Assembly: GCA_964304625.1 (NCBI GenBank)
Contig: OZ199838.1
Location: forward strand, 7,086,035 to 7,150,034
Reading direction: 5' to 3'
DNA from: Kudoa neothunni
Taxonomy: Eukaryota; Animalia; Cnidaria
Length of the DNA: 64,000 nt
Below, in pieces: positions 26,782 to 40,200 of the stretch. The stretch's first letter is position 1; each line of letters starts with the position of its first letter. Below the pieces are notes generated by a model. It was not told the DNA's origin. It was given only the letters and a program-made list of their open reading frames with translations, and made no database searches. A program made the translations under genes and the position numbers.

Positions 26782-26818
26782 AGTTGCCTCACTGCACCCC
26801 TGCTTCTACCACCTGTAA

Positions 26819-27982
26819 TCTACTGCATATATAAGCTGAAGTGTGTGTTGTGTGTCAGCAAGTACGCATGTGCCCCCAATTTTTTTCCTTATAGAGAGAG
26901 ACATTTATGAAATTTTGTAAAAATCATAATGGTTAAAAAAATCTTGAAATCGTTTTAACACTACCAAATGTTCCCAGAAGTGTTTATAAAATGATGAATT
27001 TGTCGATTCAAAGTTTGTTTATCGGATTACTTGAGTTCAACAATAGAATTAACATGGCTTATATCATGGTGAAGGTCGGTTGAAGTTAACATTCTCCCTT
27101 ATATGCTCTATTAAATGTAAATTTTGCGATTCCATCTATCTTTATGTATAAGGTTGGTGTTTCTATTTGTGTGTTTGTGAAAAAATAATCCTTATTTGTA
27201 GAGTTTAACGTATTTGACTTGATAAGTATATTTTAATAGTTCTATTCATTGTTTTAGATATGGACAAAAGTCTATATTTGCATCATTAATAGCGAATTGG
27301 TAGAGCATGCTATAATAGGATAGATTAGAGAATTATAATGCAAGCGCTGGGTCCATGGATTTCATTGAAATCGTCTGCTATGTTGAACTTTCAGTGATTA
27401 AATTCAATAAAGATGGTTGTACTCCTACTTCGTCTAATTATATAAATTATTTATGCTGATATTGAAGTGATTTTTAGCCGTTTGTTTGAGAAAAGTGCAT
27501 TAATGTTTATGCCGTATCCAAGCGACGCTAATTTTAGCAATATCAATTAATTCTCGTACGTTTTCTTCTATCTCTATTATTTTTTATATTTTTCTATCTC
27601 TTAAAAACTTGGCGGTGTACACAGTTTCCGAGCGGGGCCAGAATTCGACTTTTAAAAATCCGCTGGACAAAAAAATAACGTTTTAGATAACACTTTAACG
27701 GGATTTAAATAATTCGGGAATGGAAAAAATACGACACTGACCTTAAATTATTCAGCGTTGGTACCGAGCCACGAAATTTTTAAATGAACGCCGGGATTGG
27801 AACACTCTTTCGAAGAAATGATCATAATTTTAATTTCATAATCCAAATCGTTAAAGTATGTTGCTTATAATTTTTTTGTTATTTTGCGTCTATGGTTTAA
27901 TTTGAAATTTCAATATATTTTTGAATGCTATTAAAAAATGTCTCTAGGCGAAATCTTCCCCAAGCAATGCTGGGCAGTTCCC
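26819..27982 (+). mobile_element. Non-autonomous Helitron copy (terminal CTAG lost)
   Basis: A|TCTAC 5' end, collinear with 7264-8299. 3' hairpin CCCAAGCAATGCTGGG. Confidence 0.85.
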
Positions 27983-30590
27983 ATTAAGAAGTATATAAGA
28001 TTGCTTAATTTATATTTAATTTTGGTAGTCAACAAATGAAAATGATAGATGGATAAGGCTGAATATTTATAAAATATGATTTATTTTTATTAGAAGAATT
28101 TTTGAACAAATTATTTTTACATTTTTGATTATGCTATTTTATTTCTTTCCAATATTGTTTTGCATAATTATTTGATTTGAATTAAATATCAGTTTAAGTT
28201 ATTAAGAACAATTGTTTTGAATAACTTTTTATTCCTCAATTTGTTCTAATTTAAAAAAATTATTTGTTTATATTTTTGTTAATTAAAAAGGAATAAAAAT
28301 ATTTATGAAAATTGATCGTTATTAATTTAATTGATAATTATTTACCAAAGCACTTGGAGGAAAATTCGAAAAATAATTCAAAACTAATCGCGGTTGATAT
28401 CCATTAGAGAAAACTATTGACCAAAGAATGTGTCAATGTGCTGAAAACAAACTTTTAGGTTACGCTCATTCGCTGTATTGAAGTGTTTCTCATTCAATTC
28501 GAATTTTCCCTACTTTAAATTTAAGAATTTCTCCCTTGAATGTCTCTTAGTTTTTATCCAGTTTTTATTGCAAAATCAGCTATAAATATGAAAGAAATCA
28601 TTATGCAAATTGAAAATTACAAGCTGGGCATTACGTTACACTCCTTTGAAACTATGCGATGGACAAACAGGGTTTTACATGTGGTGTACGATAATTTCGT
28701 TGTTCTGCCTGTTTCTAAGACAAGAGACTCATTTTGATTCCGTTGGTACTATAACTTCGTCAATTAAGGTTTCATGTGTAATATTATACCGAGTACTTAA
28801 TTGCTTGTACTTATTCGTGTAGAATAAATTTTTGTCTAATATAGAATCCGAGAAAAATCTGGAATGAAGACAAAATTGATGTAAAATTTTCTAAATTCAC
28901 TATAGAGCCGAGCTTATTGTTAACATGATTCCGGCAACTTGTTCTCTTCTTGATTTTCGAACACATTCCTATTGGAAAACCGATTTAATCATTGATATCT
29001 CTTTTAATAATCCACCATCCTCAAATTTTGAACCATCGAAAATTTTAGGATATTTGACAAAGTCAAATGATAAAATGCATCCGACCATACACCCTCAGTT
29101 ATAGGTCATTGTCAGCATATTCTTCATTTACATTAAAATCCCCAATAAGTTAATCAGAATTATCTTTTCACATTATTTCCTTATGTAACAGTTTAAAAAA
29201 ATTAATATAAACTAATATTCATAAAAAGTATGTGTATCTGTAAAAACCAAGTAACAACTTCATCACTTGTGTGCATTTTAAATTAATCCCAAAATAATCC
29301 ACTGATCCATCTGACTCAGTCAATAAAATTTAAATATATAATATCTTAAGGTTATTAAACATTTTCTTTTAATTTAATTGATTATACTTTATGGGAAAAC
29401 TACTTTTTCATTCTGAAGTAATCACCACGTATCGATATTAACAGTTTTTAAAACTGAACATAATCTGTTTCATATTACAACTGTAATATTAGGTCAATTT
29501 ATTACAAAGTAATTTATTTAAATTTTTTAAAACAAATTAATTATGTTAAGGGGTTTTAAAAATAATAAGACAGATGTGTAAAATTTGAAAGGGAAAGTTT
29601 TTAGTAATACAAAAATTGATGTGTATATGCATCCCTTCGTCTTGGGAGGACTAAAAGTAAGTATACCAATTTCAAAAATCATCAGTAATCCTTTTTTCAA
29701 GTTAAATCATGAACCAGAATGATGCATGCGGAAGTAATTTTAATGTTATATGATACAATTCTCTTAATTTTTTATTTAAACCCATTTAAATGTATATTTT
29801 ATAATGAAGTGGAAAAAAATCTCATATATGAACATAATTTTTGTCAGTATGCAAATATTAAAAATATAATACAATAAAATGCTAAAGTTTTTAGTTTCAT
29901 TAATAAAAACGCCTTAACACGAAACTGTCAAATAAAATGATGATTTTATTATTCTGAATTAATATATTTTTATGAAATGGGAATAATCACTTTTCGTAAT
30001 ATCGAATGAAATTATATATTCAATTAACTAGAAATGATATAAAATCATTTAAAAAAATAATTGAACACTTGTTAATAATTATATGTTAACGTTAAAAATT
30101 AATTGATTACGCCGATGAAAAAATTAGCGTTTTGAAAAAATACGGAGTTACCATTAGGATTCATACTAAAAAAGAAATTCCTTTCGACTAATTTCTCTCT
30201 ATCGGTATTCAACATTGGAATAATACATTTTGACGTTAGAAATGTTTATGGGCACCTAATCAAGTAAAGATACCTTTTCTCACCTTATTATAAAAACATA
30301 CACTCAATAACGATTAAAATATTTGATTTAACAACTTTGATTGTTATTGAAAATAATAATTTTAAAGTTTGAAATTAATATTTTTTATAATTTTAATTAA
30401 AAATACGTTCAAGTTATTCACGGCGTATTAATGAATCGATGAATATGTAACTATCAATGAAGTATGATGTCGAAGTAGGAGATTCATAGAATAAGAGATC
30501 TTATATATTCAATATGAAACAATGAGCACTGAAATACAAAAGAAAACAAATAGTTTAATCTAAATAATTTTGGGTTGACAAAGTAAAAAA

Positions 30591-32504
30591 TTATCTTTTG
30601 CCGTTGTAAAACTTTTTAAGTCTTTCCTCCAGCATTTGAATATCATCATTTATTTCTAAAGTGGTAATTTTTAAAAATAAAAGTAACATATTTTTAAAGA
30701 TATTACGTTGTTTATCGTCACCAGAATGAGGTTGCAATGCAGGAGAACTATCTGGATCAAGACCAAGATCAATTAAATTTCCTTGGGTGACGGCGGTTAT
30801 CGAATGGCTAGATGGGGCTGGATCTTCATTAACAATATACTTCTAAACAAATCAAAAACTAATATTAGCATCTCCAACATAAATACTTCTGTGACATATT
30901 CATATTTTGGAGGTGCAGGCGTTTCAAAGGAAGTTCTTATGTTGTGAGGTTCAGATGTCTATACAAAATTAAACAAATTTAAAAAGAATTATTCACATAA
31001 GTGGGAGGTAGATAGTCATTATCATTCACAAATTTAAGAGGTTTCTTGATATATTCGTCGTCATCATCGTTCATACCTTCGTAAGGTTTTTTCTTAGTAT
31101 ACTCATCGTCATTGTCATTTATACACTCGTAAGGTTTTTTCTTAAAGAAACATTATTTTGTGAAAAATTTATCTCTACCTTTTGATAACTATCATCTGAA
31201 TGGTCACGGTAGTTTAATGCACTGTTGTCTAACACATTAGAACGACTGCTGTTAAATACTCCACCCGCATCAGTGGAGCTATTTAAAGAATCATCTATAA
31301 TGGGAGTGTCAACGTAACCGAAATTGCTATTCGCTGAGGTATTTAAACTTGTACCTTATATTTAACTATAATTAACTTTCAACGAATAAATAAAACTCAC
31401 TGAACGATTGATCAGATACACTTCCGAAATTTTGGTCAACTTGTTCGAATCCCTTTTTCCCTTTTTTTCCACAAATACGCTTTAATAAACTTTGATCCTT
31501 CCCGCGTACTGCATCTAGCTCTTCCACCCCATATATTGGCGTACCCATTGGTTGAGTGGTTGGAGCAACAGTAGAAACATGTTGGATGACAGCACCTTCT
31601 ACTTTCATAGAATTGATTTTAGATGCACTTTGAGAAAGCTGTTGGGAAAATTATCAATAATCTAAAAAAAAATTGTGGAAGATACTATTTGTAGTGTTAA
31701 TTCTTCAGGAGTTTCATAAGGTACTTTGAAAACCGAACTGATATTTTTGAGATAAAAATCTACAGTTTTAGCGGGTGGAATTATGGTGGTCAAGGATTTA
31801 TAAACCTATCAGTTAAATTAACAAATAATGATACATTCAATGATGATAATATAACAATAAAATCGAAAATTACTATCTTTGGAATCATATGAACTTGTGT
31901 TGTAGCCAAACTCATTATAAACGGTTTACCAAATTTATATTCAAATTGTTTTACAATCTACAATCGGCGTTATTGAATTAAAACCATTATAGGTAACTAT
32001 TCGTACATTTTCGATTTCGGGTATTTCATTCTTGATTCTTGGCTCGGCCCATATCAGTAACATTATAGGTTGTAAAATTGTTTGTTCGCAGGTCCTAAAT
32101 TGCATTAAAACACATTTTGGAAGTATGAAACTACGCGTTGGATTCAAGCAAAGCAATCCTACTAACAATAATATCCATATTATGACTAATCACGTCGTAG
32201 GCTTCATTTATCATATCATCTCGACAAATAGCTTCAACCTGTCCCAAAATTACAACTATTAATAAACATTAAAAAAGATCACTTTTAAAATAGCACTATC
32301 GATATTTTTTTCCGCGACCAATGCAGCAACACAAGCCATTTCTTTTTTATTTAATTCCTCTAACAATGTTATTAGCAATGATTAAATTTTGGCAGGGGTG
32401 GTATAAATGAATATTTTACTTTTTTTCTTTCTAACAACCTCAATCCTCGCAACTGCTAACTGAAGAAACTTCTTAAGGGTGTCCTTTTCAAACTTTTTCC
32501 CCAT
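30591..32504 (-). CDS. IST1: IST1 homolog (ESCRT-III-associated factor), multi-exon
   Basis: The spliced N-terminal domain MGKKFEKDTLKKFLQLAVARIEVVRKKK..SAILKVEAICRDD..LLIWAEPRIKNEIPEI..IPPAKTVDFYLKNISSVFKVPYE follows the IST1 pattern. C-terminal MIM1-like DIQMLEERLKKF precedes the stop. The central exons are less precisely mapped. Confidence 0.88.
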
Positions 32505-35500
32505 CTCCACTAAATTCTCGATCACAGCCGATATTTAGTATCGTATGGGAAAACATTCGATAAATTTTCTGTTAAGAAAACATATACTGCTATTCCCCCT
32601 TAAAATTCAGAAATCCAACAGACGTATTAATAGTAAAAACGAACAAACAAACTTTGTGACAAGGAGACACCAATTGTTTTTTGGGTTACGATAAACAAGA
32701 TAATTTTTAATCGTTTTTGTGGATGATTATCCTCACGAATACAAAATAGAAAACATCTACTTTCATATATCTATTTTCAAACTAAGATATTGCTTCTATA
32801 TTATATTCGCTCAAAAATGGAGAGAAAATATGATTATTTCGTTCGTAAATAGTGATTTTCGTCTAGCCAGTTAAAATATCGGTAAATCAGATTATAATCT
32901 CAAGTACTTAAATCACAAGGAAATATTTTTGATTCATCTATATCACATATCTAATCATTCAATCATCTCTAATGCTAATCCGGCTTTATTTTGTTCGCTT
33001 AACCTGGAGGTTCCCACCGGTGGGGCGAGGAAATTTTTGAACATTTAATGAACAGTCCCCGTAGGACACGGAATATCTTGAACATTGACATGGCATGAAT
33101 AGTGGTGAAATAATTGGGCAGTGGGTAATTGTGGAGTGTGTGGCTCACCCATTTTTAGCTTTTTTTACGACTTTTTTCGTCGGGGCGGTTCTGAAAAATC
33201 TTATATGCGTTTCTCATCTGGAGTACATCAAAATTGTTTCCAAAATTATAAAAATAAATTTTTCTTCTAATCACATATATGGTGGTGAAGTCAATAACGT
33301 AATCCTTATGTTAAACATTAGTTTCTATATTTCACTATGAAGGAATACTAATGTGAATACAAATCATGCATTGAATTATTTATTTTATTTTTACTTGATA
33401 TGATCTTTAAAAAAAATTAACAGTAAGTCATTATTAATGTCTGTTGTTCAGAAATATAGAATATTAAAAGTTTCTCCATATTTATAACACTTTCTAATTT
33501 ATATTTTTACTTAATTAAGGCAAAATAACTATTTTTAGTACTATAAATCATTTTATTGAAAACGCTCTATCGTTAAAGGCAATTACTGAGTATTATATGG
33601 TAAATTGTCTCCTAACCTTGATTTTAAGAAGTAATTTTTAACTGGACAATGTATACAAAACTGATTTAATGGTTCTTAAGAATGTTTAAAAATGAAAACA
33701 ATCTTCAGAAATGAATTTTCTTTGACAGATAATAATTCATGAAAGATAAATATAATTACACAATATAATTTCGTATAATTTTTTACTGGTTGATCAGTTG
33801 TTAACATCTAATTATTTTTCATTATCTAAATATAATATATTTCAATTTAGATTAATATTTTTTAAAATTAGATTTCATATTTTGACTATTAAAATATAAT
33901 AATTCAAGACAGGCTCTATTTCTTGATATTTATTATTCGGATAAAAACTCTTCAATCATTAAAGCTGAAAAATAATTTTGATAACTTCTAAAAGGTTTCC
34001 GATGAATGATCACAGGAACATAATATTCATCTTCTCTTAAGATTGTCATTTTCATTATTCCGATTGAGAATGCGAATGTACACGACACACTTATTAGATG
34101 ATGGTTTTTGTGTCAACTATAAAACAAGCAGTTGGTTTTCTTTTTGTAGGAAATGTGTTCATTGTCCCAATGGTTGAAAATCGCGGCGCACGGACGGATT
34201 TATACTCCAAGAATGATTATGAATAACTCCGCAATTATCCCTAGATCAATAAAAATCTAACACCGTATATCACTTATCATTTAAAAGTATTATTTTTTAA
34301 AGGATATCAACCTTAATATAGTTAATTGAAATTATCTAAAACAAATATTAAACAAAAAAAGGGTAAAATAAGTATTTGTGGTATTACCCAACTTTCAAAG
34401 GTCACTTGTTATACAAATCCCGATTCCTTGTTTTCTATCGTTTTCTCAATATACATTTTTGAATAAAAAAAAGTCGTTGCCATTGCGTCACCGCAAATAA
34501 AGAGGAGAGAAACCACCAATTTGCCTCGGGGGAAATTAATTATATTTTGTATTGAAATAGAAAATTTATTGATTTCTATTTTAAGATATGATTTTATAAA
34601 AAGATCTTCAAATAACAACAAATTAAGAGTATTTAGTTTGAGTTTTGTTCGTTACAAAAAGTATTAATATTCGACATCATTGGAATATAATAATTTAATT
34701 AATACTATATTTACCAAAATATTTGTTTTAAAACTTAAAAAAATTAAATATATATTTAATTTCGAAGTCGAATTTAAATTGGAGTCAAACGTTGGAATAT
34801 TATTTTAGCTTTCAGTTAATTTGATCAAACCCTTAACTCAACATATTATCATTCTTGGTTTCATTAAAAATCAAAAATATGAAGAAAGAAATTTAATAAA
34901 AAAAATTAAATTTATCTGAGAATAAAAAATTGATCAAACAAAAAAAATTAGTATAAACTTATGTATATAACATACTCAATTTTCCAATTAATAGTCACAC
35001 TTTAAGCACCGTTTAGGAGACAATTTATCAAATAATGCCAAATAATTGTCCCTAATAGTATAGCGTTTTGACAATAAAAATTCATAATACTAAAAATACT
35101 TATATAGCTTTAATTGGGATAAAATAAAAATGAAAAAATGCTATGAAGATGGAGAAAGTTTCGATATTCTACATGTTTGAGCAATAACCGTTTATAATGA
35201 CTTATTGTTAATTTATTTTCATTATAATGCCATGAAAAAATAAAATAAATATTTAAGTGCACGAATTGTAATCACGTTCATATTCCTTCATAATGAAATA
35301 TAGAAACCAATGTTTAATATGAGGATTATGTTGTTGACTTCACCATCGTATACGCGATTAGAAGAAAAAATTATTTTTATAATTTTGGAAATAAGTTTTA
35401 TACGCACCACAATAGCCGGGAAGTGTTCTAGTCAAATTGTATATTTTCGGTTTATAAACCACATATACACCAAAGTGTTGCATAATGCGGATTGAATTAC

Positions 35501-35859
35501 CATAATCTACATCGTTCATCGTTGTTGGCGAAATGAACAACTAAATGTGTTGATTATTAAGTTCCATTGGTAAATAAGATTAGAGTGGATTCAATACATT
35601 CTAATTTTAACGAGAAATGAAGTCTATATTAATCACTTACAATTTTTAATGTCAAATTTCGTCAATGGTACCGATTTTTGCATAAATCCGGACATTATTT
35701 TTTTGTTTTTGTTAATTCTAACGCATGATTAAGTATAAAAGGTTTGATGCTAATATCAATTAAAAAATGCTCATCGCCAAAAGTTAAAATGCAAAAATAG
35801 AAATAAAACAGTATTTCATTCGAACAATAAATAAATATATTGATTTAATCGCGTCCAAT

Positions 35860-36559
35860 ATCTTGATAAGTATGACATCTTCCTGGGAATATTTTGGCGT
35901 GTTGGAATTAATTTTTTAAATTTCGTTCCGTTACATTATTTTTGGAATTTTTCATCCTTTTCAGTAATTCGTTGGTCCCAGTTCTTCTCACCTTATTTTT
36001 TATTTGTGAGAATGCCTCCTCGCAGGAGTTTAAAAAGGGCGAATATCTTGGGAGATAATGAATTTCGTATTGAGATTTATCATAGAATTCGGCATTTGTG
36101 TGATGGAACCTAATGTTATCCATCACAATGATGAGTTCACCTGGCCCCTAAAATATTCTTGAGTTTACTCAAGAACTCTTGAAAAATTATGTGGTTGACA
36201 CCAACGAGTACAGCCTCAAAGCTTACCACGTTTATTGCGTTAACAGCGAGTATCATGATGACGTTTCTCCCCCTGCTATTTTGTACCACCGGATTAGGTG
36301 TTGTTCCAACACGCGAGCGTCCGTGAGAGCGTAATAAATGTAACGAGAACGGGCTCGCATACACAAAAACCAAATTTTTCTGGCACACGTCAAGAGGCAG
36401 GCTCGTATACCAATTGGCATAAATGTTGCATTCTGATTTAACCTCGGCGCTATTTCTGCTTCTAGGTATAGGACGCGTCATTTTATAAGATATTAGCGGG
36501 AACCGCCCAATGTTGCTTGGGGAAGATTTCGCATAGGTGCGTCTCTTAATAATATTCAA
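35860..36559 (-). pseudogene. Tc1/IS630-like transposase remnant
   Basis: Motifs RSHGRSRVG, RGRNV, MDNIRFHH and LPRYSPFLNSCEEAFS. Frameshifted. Confidence 0.82.
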
Positions 36560-36599
36560 AAAATATATTGAAGTTTAAAATTAACCCATAGATGCAAAA

Positions 36600-37615
36600 T
36601 AACTAAAGAATTTTAAGTGATATACTTTCAACGATTTGGATTAGCGAAATTTAAATTATGATTATTTCTGTGAAGGAAAATATCAATCCTGGCGTTCATT
36701 TAAAAATTTCGCAGTCCGGTACCAACGCTGAATAATTTATTGTCAAGGTCGTATTTTTTTCATCCCCGAATTATTTAAATCCCGTTAAAATGTTACCCTA
36801 TAAGTTCTTTTTGGCCAAGTTCAGAAAGTTTTTGCACCACTGTTTACGGGAGACAAATAAATAGAAAAAGATATAGAGTTTGAAGAAAATAGATGAACAT
36901 TAATTTTTACTTCTAAATAAATATCCTTTGGCTCGGCATAAACTTTAATGCGCTTTCCCCATAAACAGCCACAAATTGCGCCAACTTAACCATAAACAAT
37001 TAAAATTATTGGGTAAAATAAAAGAACAACTATCTGCATTGAATTTAATCATGAAAAGTTAAACTTTGCGGACGATTTCAATGAAATCTAAGGACGCAGT
37101 ATTTCCATTATAATATTCCAATCAATGCAATTTTAACGTTCTCCACCAATTTATTTTTCATGAAACATACATAGATTTTTTATCATACCTAAAACCATAA
37201 ATAGAACCTTCAAAATATGTTTATCAAGTCAAATACGTTAAAACTCCCGACAAAAGAAATGTATATGCGCAAACCCCCAATATACACGCCAACATTATAT
37301 CGTAAGTCGGATGATATCGCTTAATTTAAATTTGATAAAGCATATAAGGAGGAAAGTTAACTTCGACCGATCTCCACCAAAACATAGACAGGTGTTAATC
37401 CTATTGTTGTAATTGGGTAATTCGTTTAACAAACTTTGAATCGATAAAATCACCATTTTCTAAACACTTTTAGTAACATTTGGTGGTGTGAAAACGATTT
37501 AAATATTTTTAAAACATTGTGATTTTTATAAAATTTCATAAATATCTCTCTATGAGGAAAAAATTTCGACGAACACACACGGACACTTCAGCTTTATATA
37601 TATAGTAGAAGTAGA
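36600..37615 (-). mobile_element. Older, diverged copy of the non-autonomous Helitron family
   Basis: A|TCTAC..TATATATAAAGCTGAAGTG 5' end at 37615. Collinear with 26819-27900. Confidence 0.78.
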
Positions 37616-38064
37616 TTACTTGAGGTGTTAGGTTATTTATTCATATATCTATATATTAATTCATAGTGAGTAAATAATAATTTTATTGAGAAAACAATAG
37701 GAAATTTTTCATAGCGTTATTTGAAAAGTCGATATACTCTTCGAAAATGGAACAAAATCTCTCATCGCATAAATAATCTTCAAAATTTTTGAAACACCTC
37801 TTTATATTGGAAAGAATTTAGCTTTTATCCTCCCCTAGCTGTTTTCAATATTTCTTGTGTGGAAACCGTTATTTATGTATCCAATTGAATGTTTCACCTT
37901 GAAATGTCTATATCCAAATGAACTGAGATTGTTGATGGTCGCCATTCGTCACTACATATCCGAGCGCATTTCATAATTTCGTTTGATATGATGAATACCA
38001 GTGCTTCTTTCCCTGTTTTGTGCACGTAAAAATAGGGAATCTCCTTGAGGTGTAATTTTTTAAA

Positions 38065-39649
38065 GGCACTGGCTATTGACACGTAAGATTTTAATCCAAA
38101 TTGGCAACTACGATTGCGCAGTGCACATTCTTAATCCTGCCTACTCCTGTTTATAGTTAATTTATAAAGTTTATTTTTTAGAATCTGCTACGTTTAATTA
38201 TTTTTGGCTCATCGCTACCGCTCCTAGAGGTAAAAAAAGTAAATACAATGAAATAGGGTTCGTAGGTAACAGGTGTCGTACGTAATCGCCACTTTTTTTA
38301 CACTAAACTGAACTTGAATTCTCTAATTCTTACTTATAGTAAAGAAAATACTTTTAAATGTCAAATATATGAAAATTAAAAAATAAAACAAAAACATGGC
38401 TTGTACGTAATGTAGCGATTCTACGTAATGGAAATTGTACCTGAAAGTACACTTTGCGAGTTTCGTGCGTAATCGCGGAAATAATAAAATCTAACTAACC
38501 GCGAAATTACAAAAGCTTTTCTGAGTATTATAGAATAATTCAATATTATGATTAAGCACACGAACTAAGAAATTTAAAAAAATGACTACGGATAAACATG
38601 GCCTGAAAAAACGTCAACATTGAATGGGATTCTAATAAGAGACGTCATTTTAAAATCGGATGGTTTAGGACTTTTAAAGACTTCTTTAAAAACTTTAAAT
38701 AAGGCCTCAGTCATGATTTTGACAACAAAGTTTGCGCATGGTTATTTTAAACGGAAGTGGATGATGGTACTATTAACACTGATAATATCATTGCAATGGC
38801 GAGAAGATTTGCTCTAAAGGAAAGCAACAATAATAGCGATCGGTTTAACTGTAGAAAGTTTAAAGGATTTAAAGGCCAAGTTAAACTAAAATATGGTAAG
38901 TTTCATGTTGAGGCTAGAAGCGTTCCTGCTGAAACAATTCCCAAATGGAGTGAGAAACTTCCTAACGTTCTTGAAAACTGGTCATCTGATAATATTTTAA
39001 GCATATGTTTAAAAAATAATTAAATATGTAAAAAATAATGAGACCGATTATAAAAACCCATCTAATGAAGATTAATCGGAAATTATTAATCCATCCGTTT
39101 CATTTAATCAAGCCCGCGAATATTAAGGTCTATTCAAGTTATTAAAGCAAAGAAATCCGACCCGAGTTAAAGGCATTTCTGGCGTCGGAAAGAAGGTTCA
39201 CAGTATTTTAAACGATTCAAGGACGACAACAAAACTTTGATCTTTTAAAAGTATTTGTAAATTGGACAGCATGAATTCGTAGTGAGGTATTTAGAGTCCA
39301 ACAGGTGAGAAACAATATAAATACTTTTTATTGCATAAGAAAAGTGGTTGTTATTTTTTGTTGCAATTTCGTAATTGCTCCTTTGTTTATTTAATAATTC
39401 CTTTAGAAATATTTTAGATCAATATAAAAATACTCTCGATAATGTCAAAACTTATGTTAATTAATTTAAGTATACATATAGTAATGACTAACGTAGAGTA
39501 AAAATTTCCGAAAACCCTTTGCGCGTTTGCGCAAACAGGACTTTACGTAATGAGTTGGGGAATGGAGTCTCATTACGTGCGAGCCCTGTTGGACTGTAGT
39601 CAAAACTATACATACCTGGATATTATGATCCGTGTCAATAGCCACTTCC
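38065..39649. mobile_element. Non-autonomous MULE-type element with 19-bp TIRs
   Basis: GGCACTGGCTATTGACACG ... CGTGTCAATAGCCACTTCC. Flanks are TTTTTTAAA and TTTTTTTAAA (9-bp TSD with a one-T slip). Confidence 0.78.
38246..39596 (+). mobile_element. Decayed pogo/Tigger element
   Basis: KFHVEARSVPAETIPKWSEKLPNVLENWSSDNI (38757-39023). Right end GGACTG|TA, and a degenerate left TIR after TA. Confidence 0.6.
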
Positions 39650-39784
39650 TTTTTTTAAATTCACATCCAATTTACAGAGACAGTCCGAAAATCTAGGACC
39701 GTCAACTTGATTTCCATATCGTTCCATTCGTCTTCTAGTATTTCCTTCACTCATTTACCAAACGATACACAAAAATTAATGTAT

Positions 39785-40200
39785 TTTTACAAGACAAAAC
39801 CCGTTGCGAGACGTTTTAGGTGGTGGAGTTATGGCTGTTCAGACCATCCTCATTAACACCTTAGACATCGCAGAACGAGTAACATCTACCCTTTTATCCC
39901 TTATCTTCCTGCGGTAGTGTAGGAGTTTAACCCACCAAACATCCTATCCATAAAGACTTAGGCTCTGCAGAGATATCGAGTCTGTCAATGCATCCCCGAC
40001 GATTCAAACGTCTGTTTCAACCCCCTCTGCTAGATTGATCATTAACTGCAGGTAAAATTACACGTATTGTCAATCGCATTCCGATAACAGCTCCCATTAC
40101 GGGATAGAGACATATTCGTAAGGAAATAGTAGACTTATCAGCAGAGAATATTGAACGTAATACCTCTGGGTATTTAGTCCAATCCCCACATCACGGAACT
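39785..40200 (-). mobile_element. Degenerate second copy of the SINE
   Basis: Blocks such as CCCTTATCT..TGCGGTAGTGT.GGA.TTTAACCCA..AAACATCCT and ACAGCTCCCA are shared with 26315-26730. Confidence 0.72.

Larger units (their letters stand above)
37780..39780 (-). pseudogene. Merlin/IS1595-like transposase remnant split by the 38065-39649 insertion
   Basis: RYGNQVDGP-like motif at ~39695-39735 and YFYVHK...ICSDEWR at 37894-38060. Confidence 0.55.

Noticed and set aside
26574-26792. 72-aa ORF or possible tRNA gene
   Set aside because: It lies in the SINE head and no complete cloverleaf forms.
28400-29150. Short ORFs with slightly raised complexity
   Set aside because: No motif recognised. It may be old TE debris, but that is unsupported.
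33000-35560. Scattered TE-like fragments (hAT-like end ~33005, Merlin-like IVDT ~34110) and short ORFs
   Set aside because: Too decayed to assign boundaries or family.
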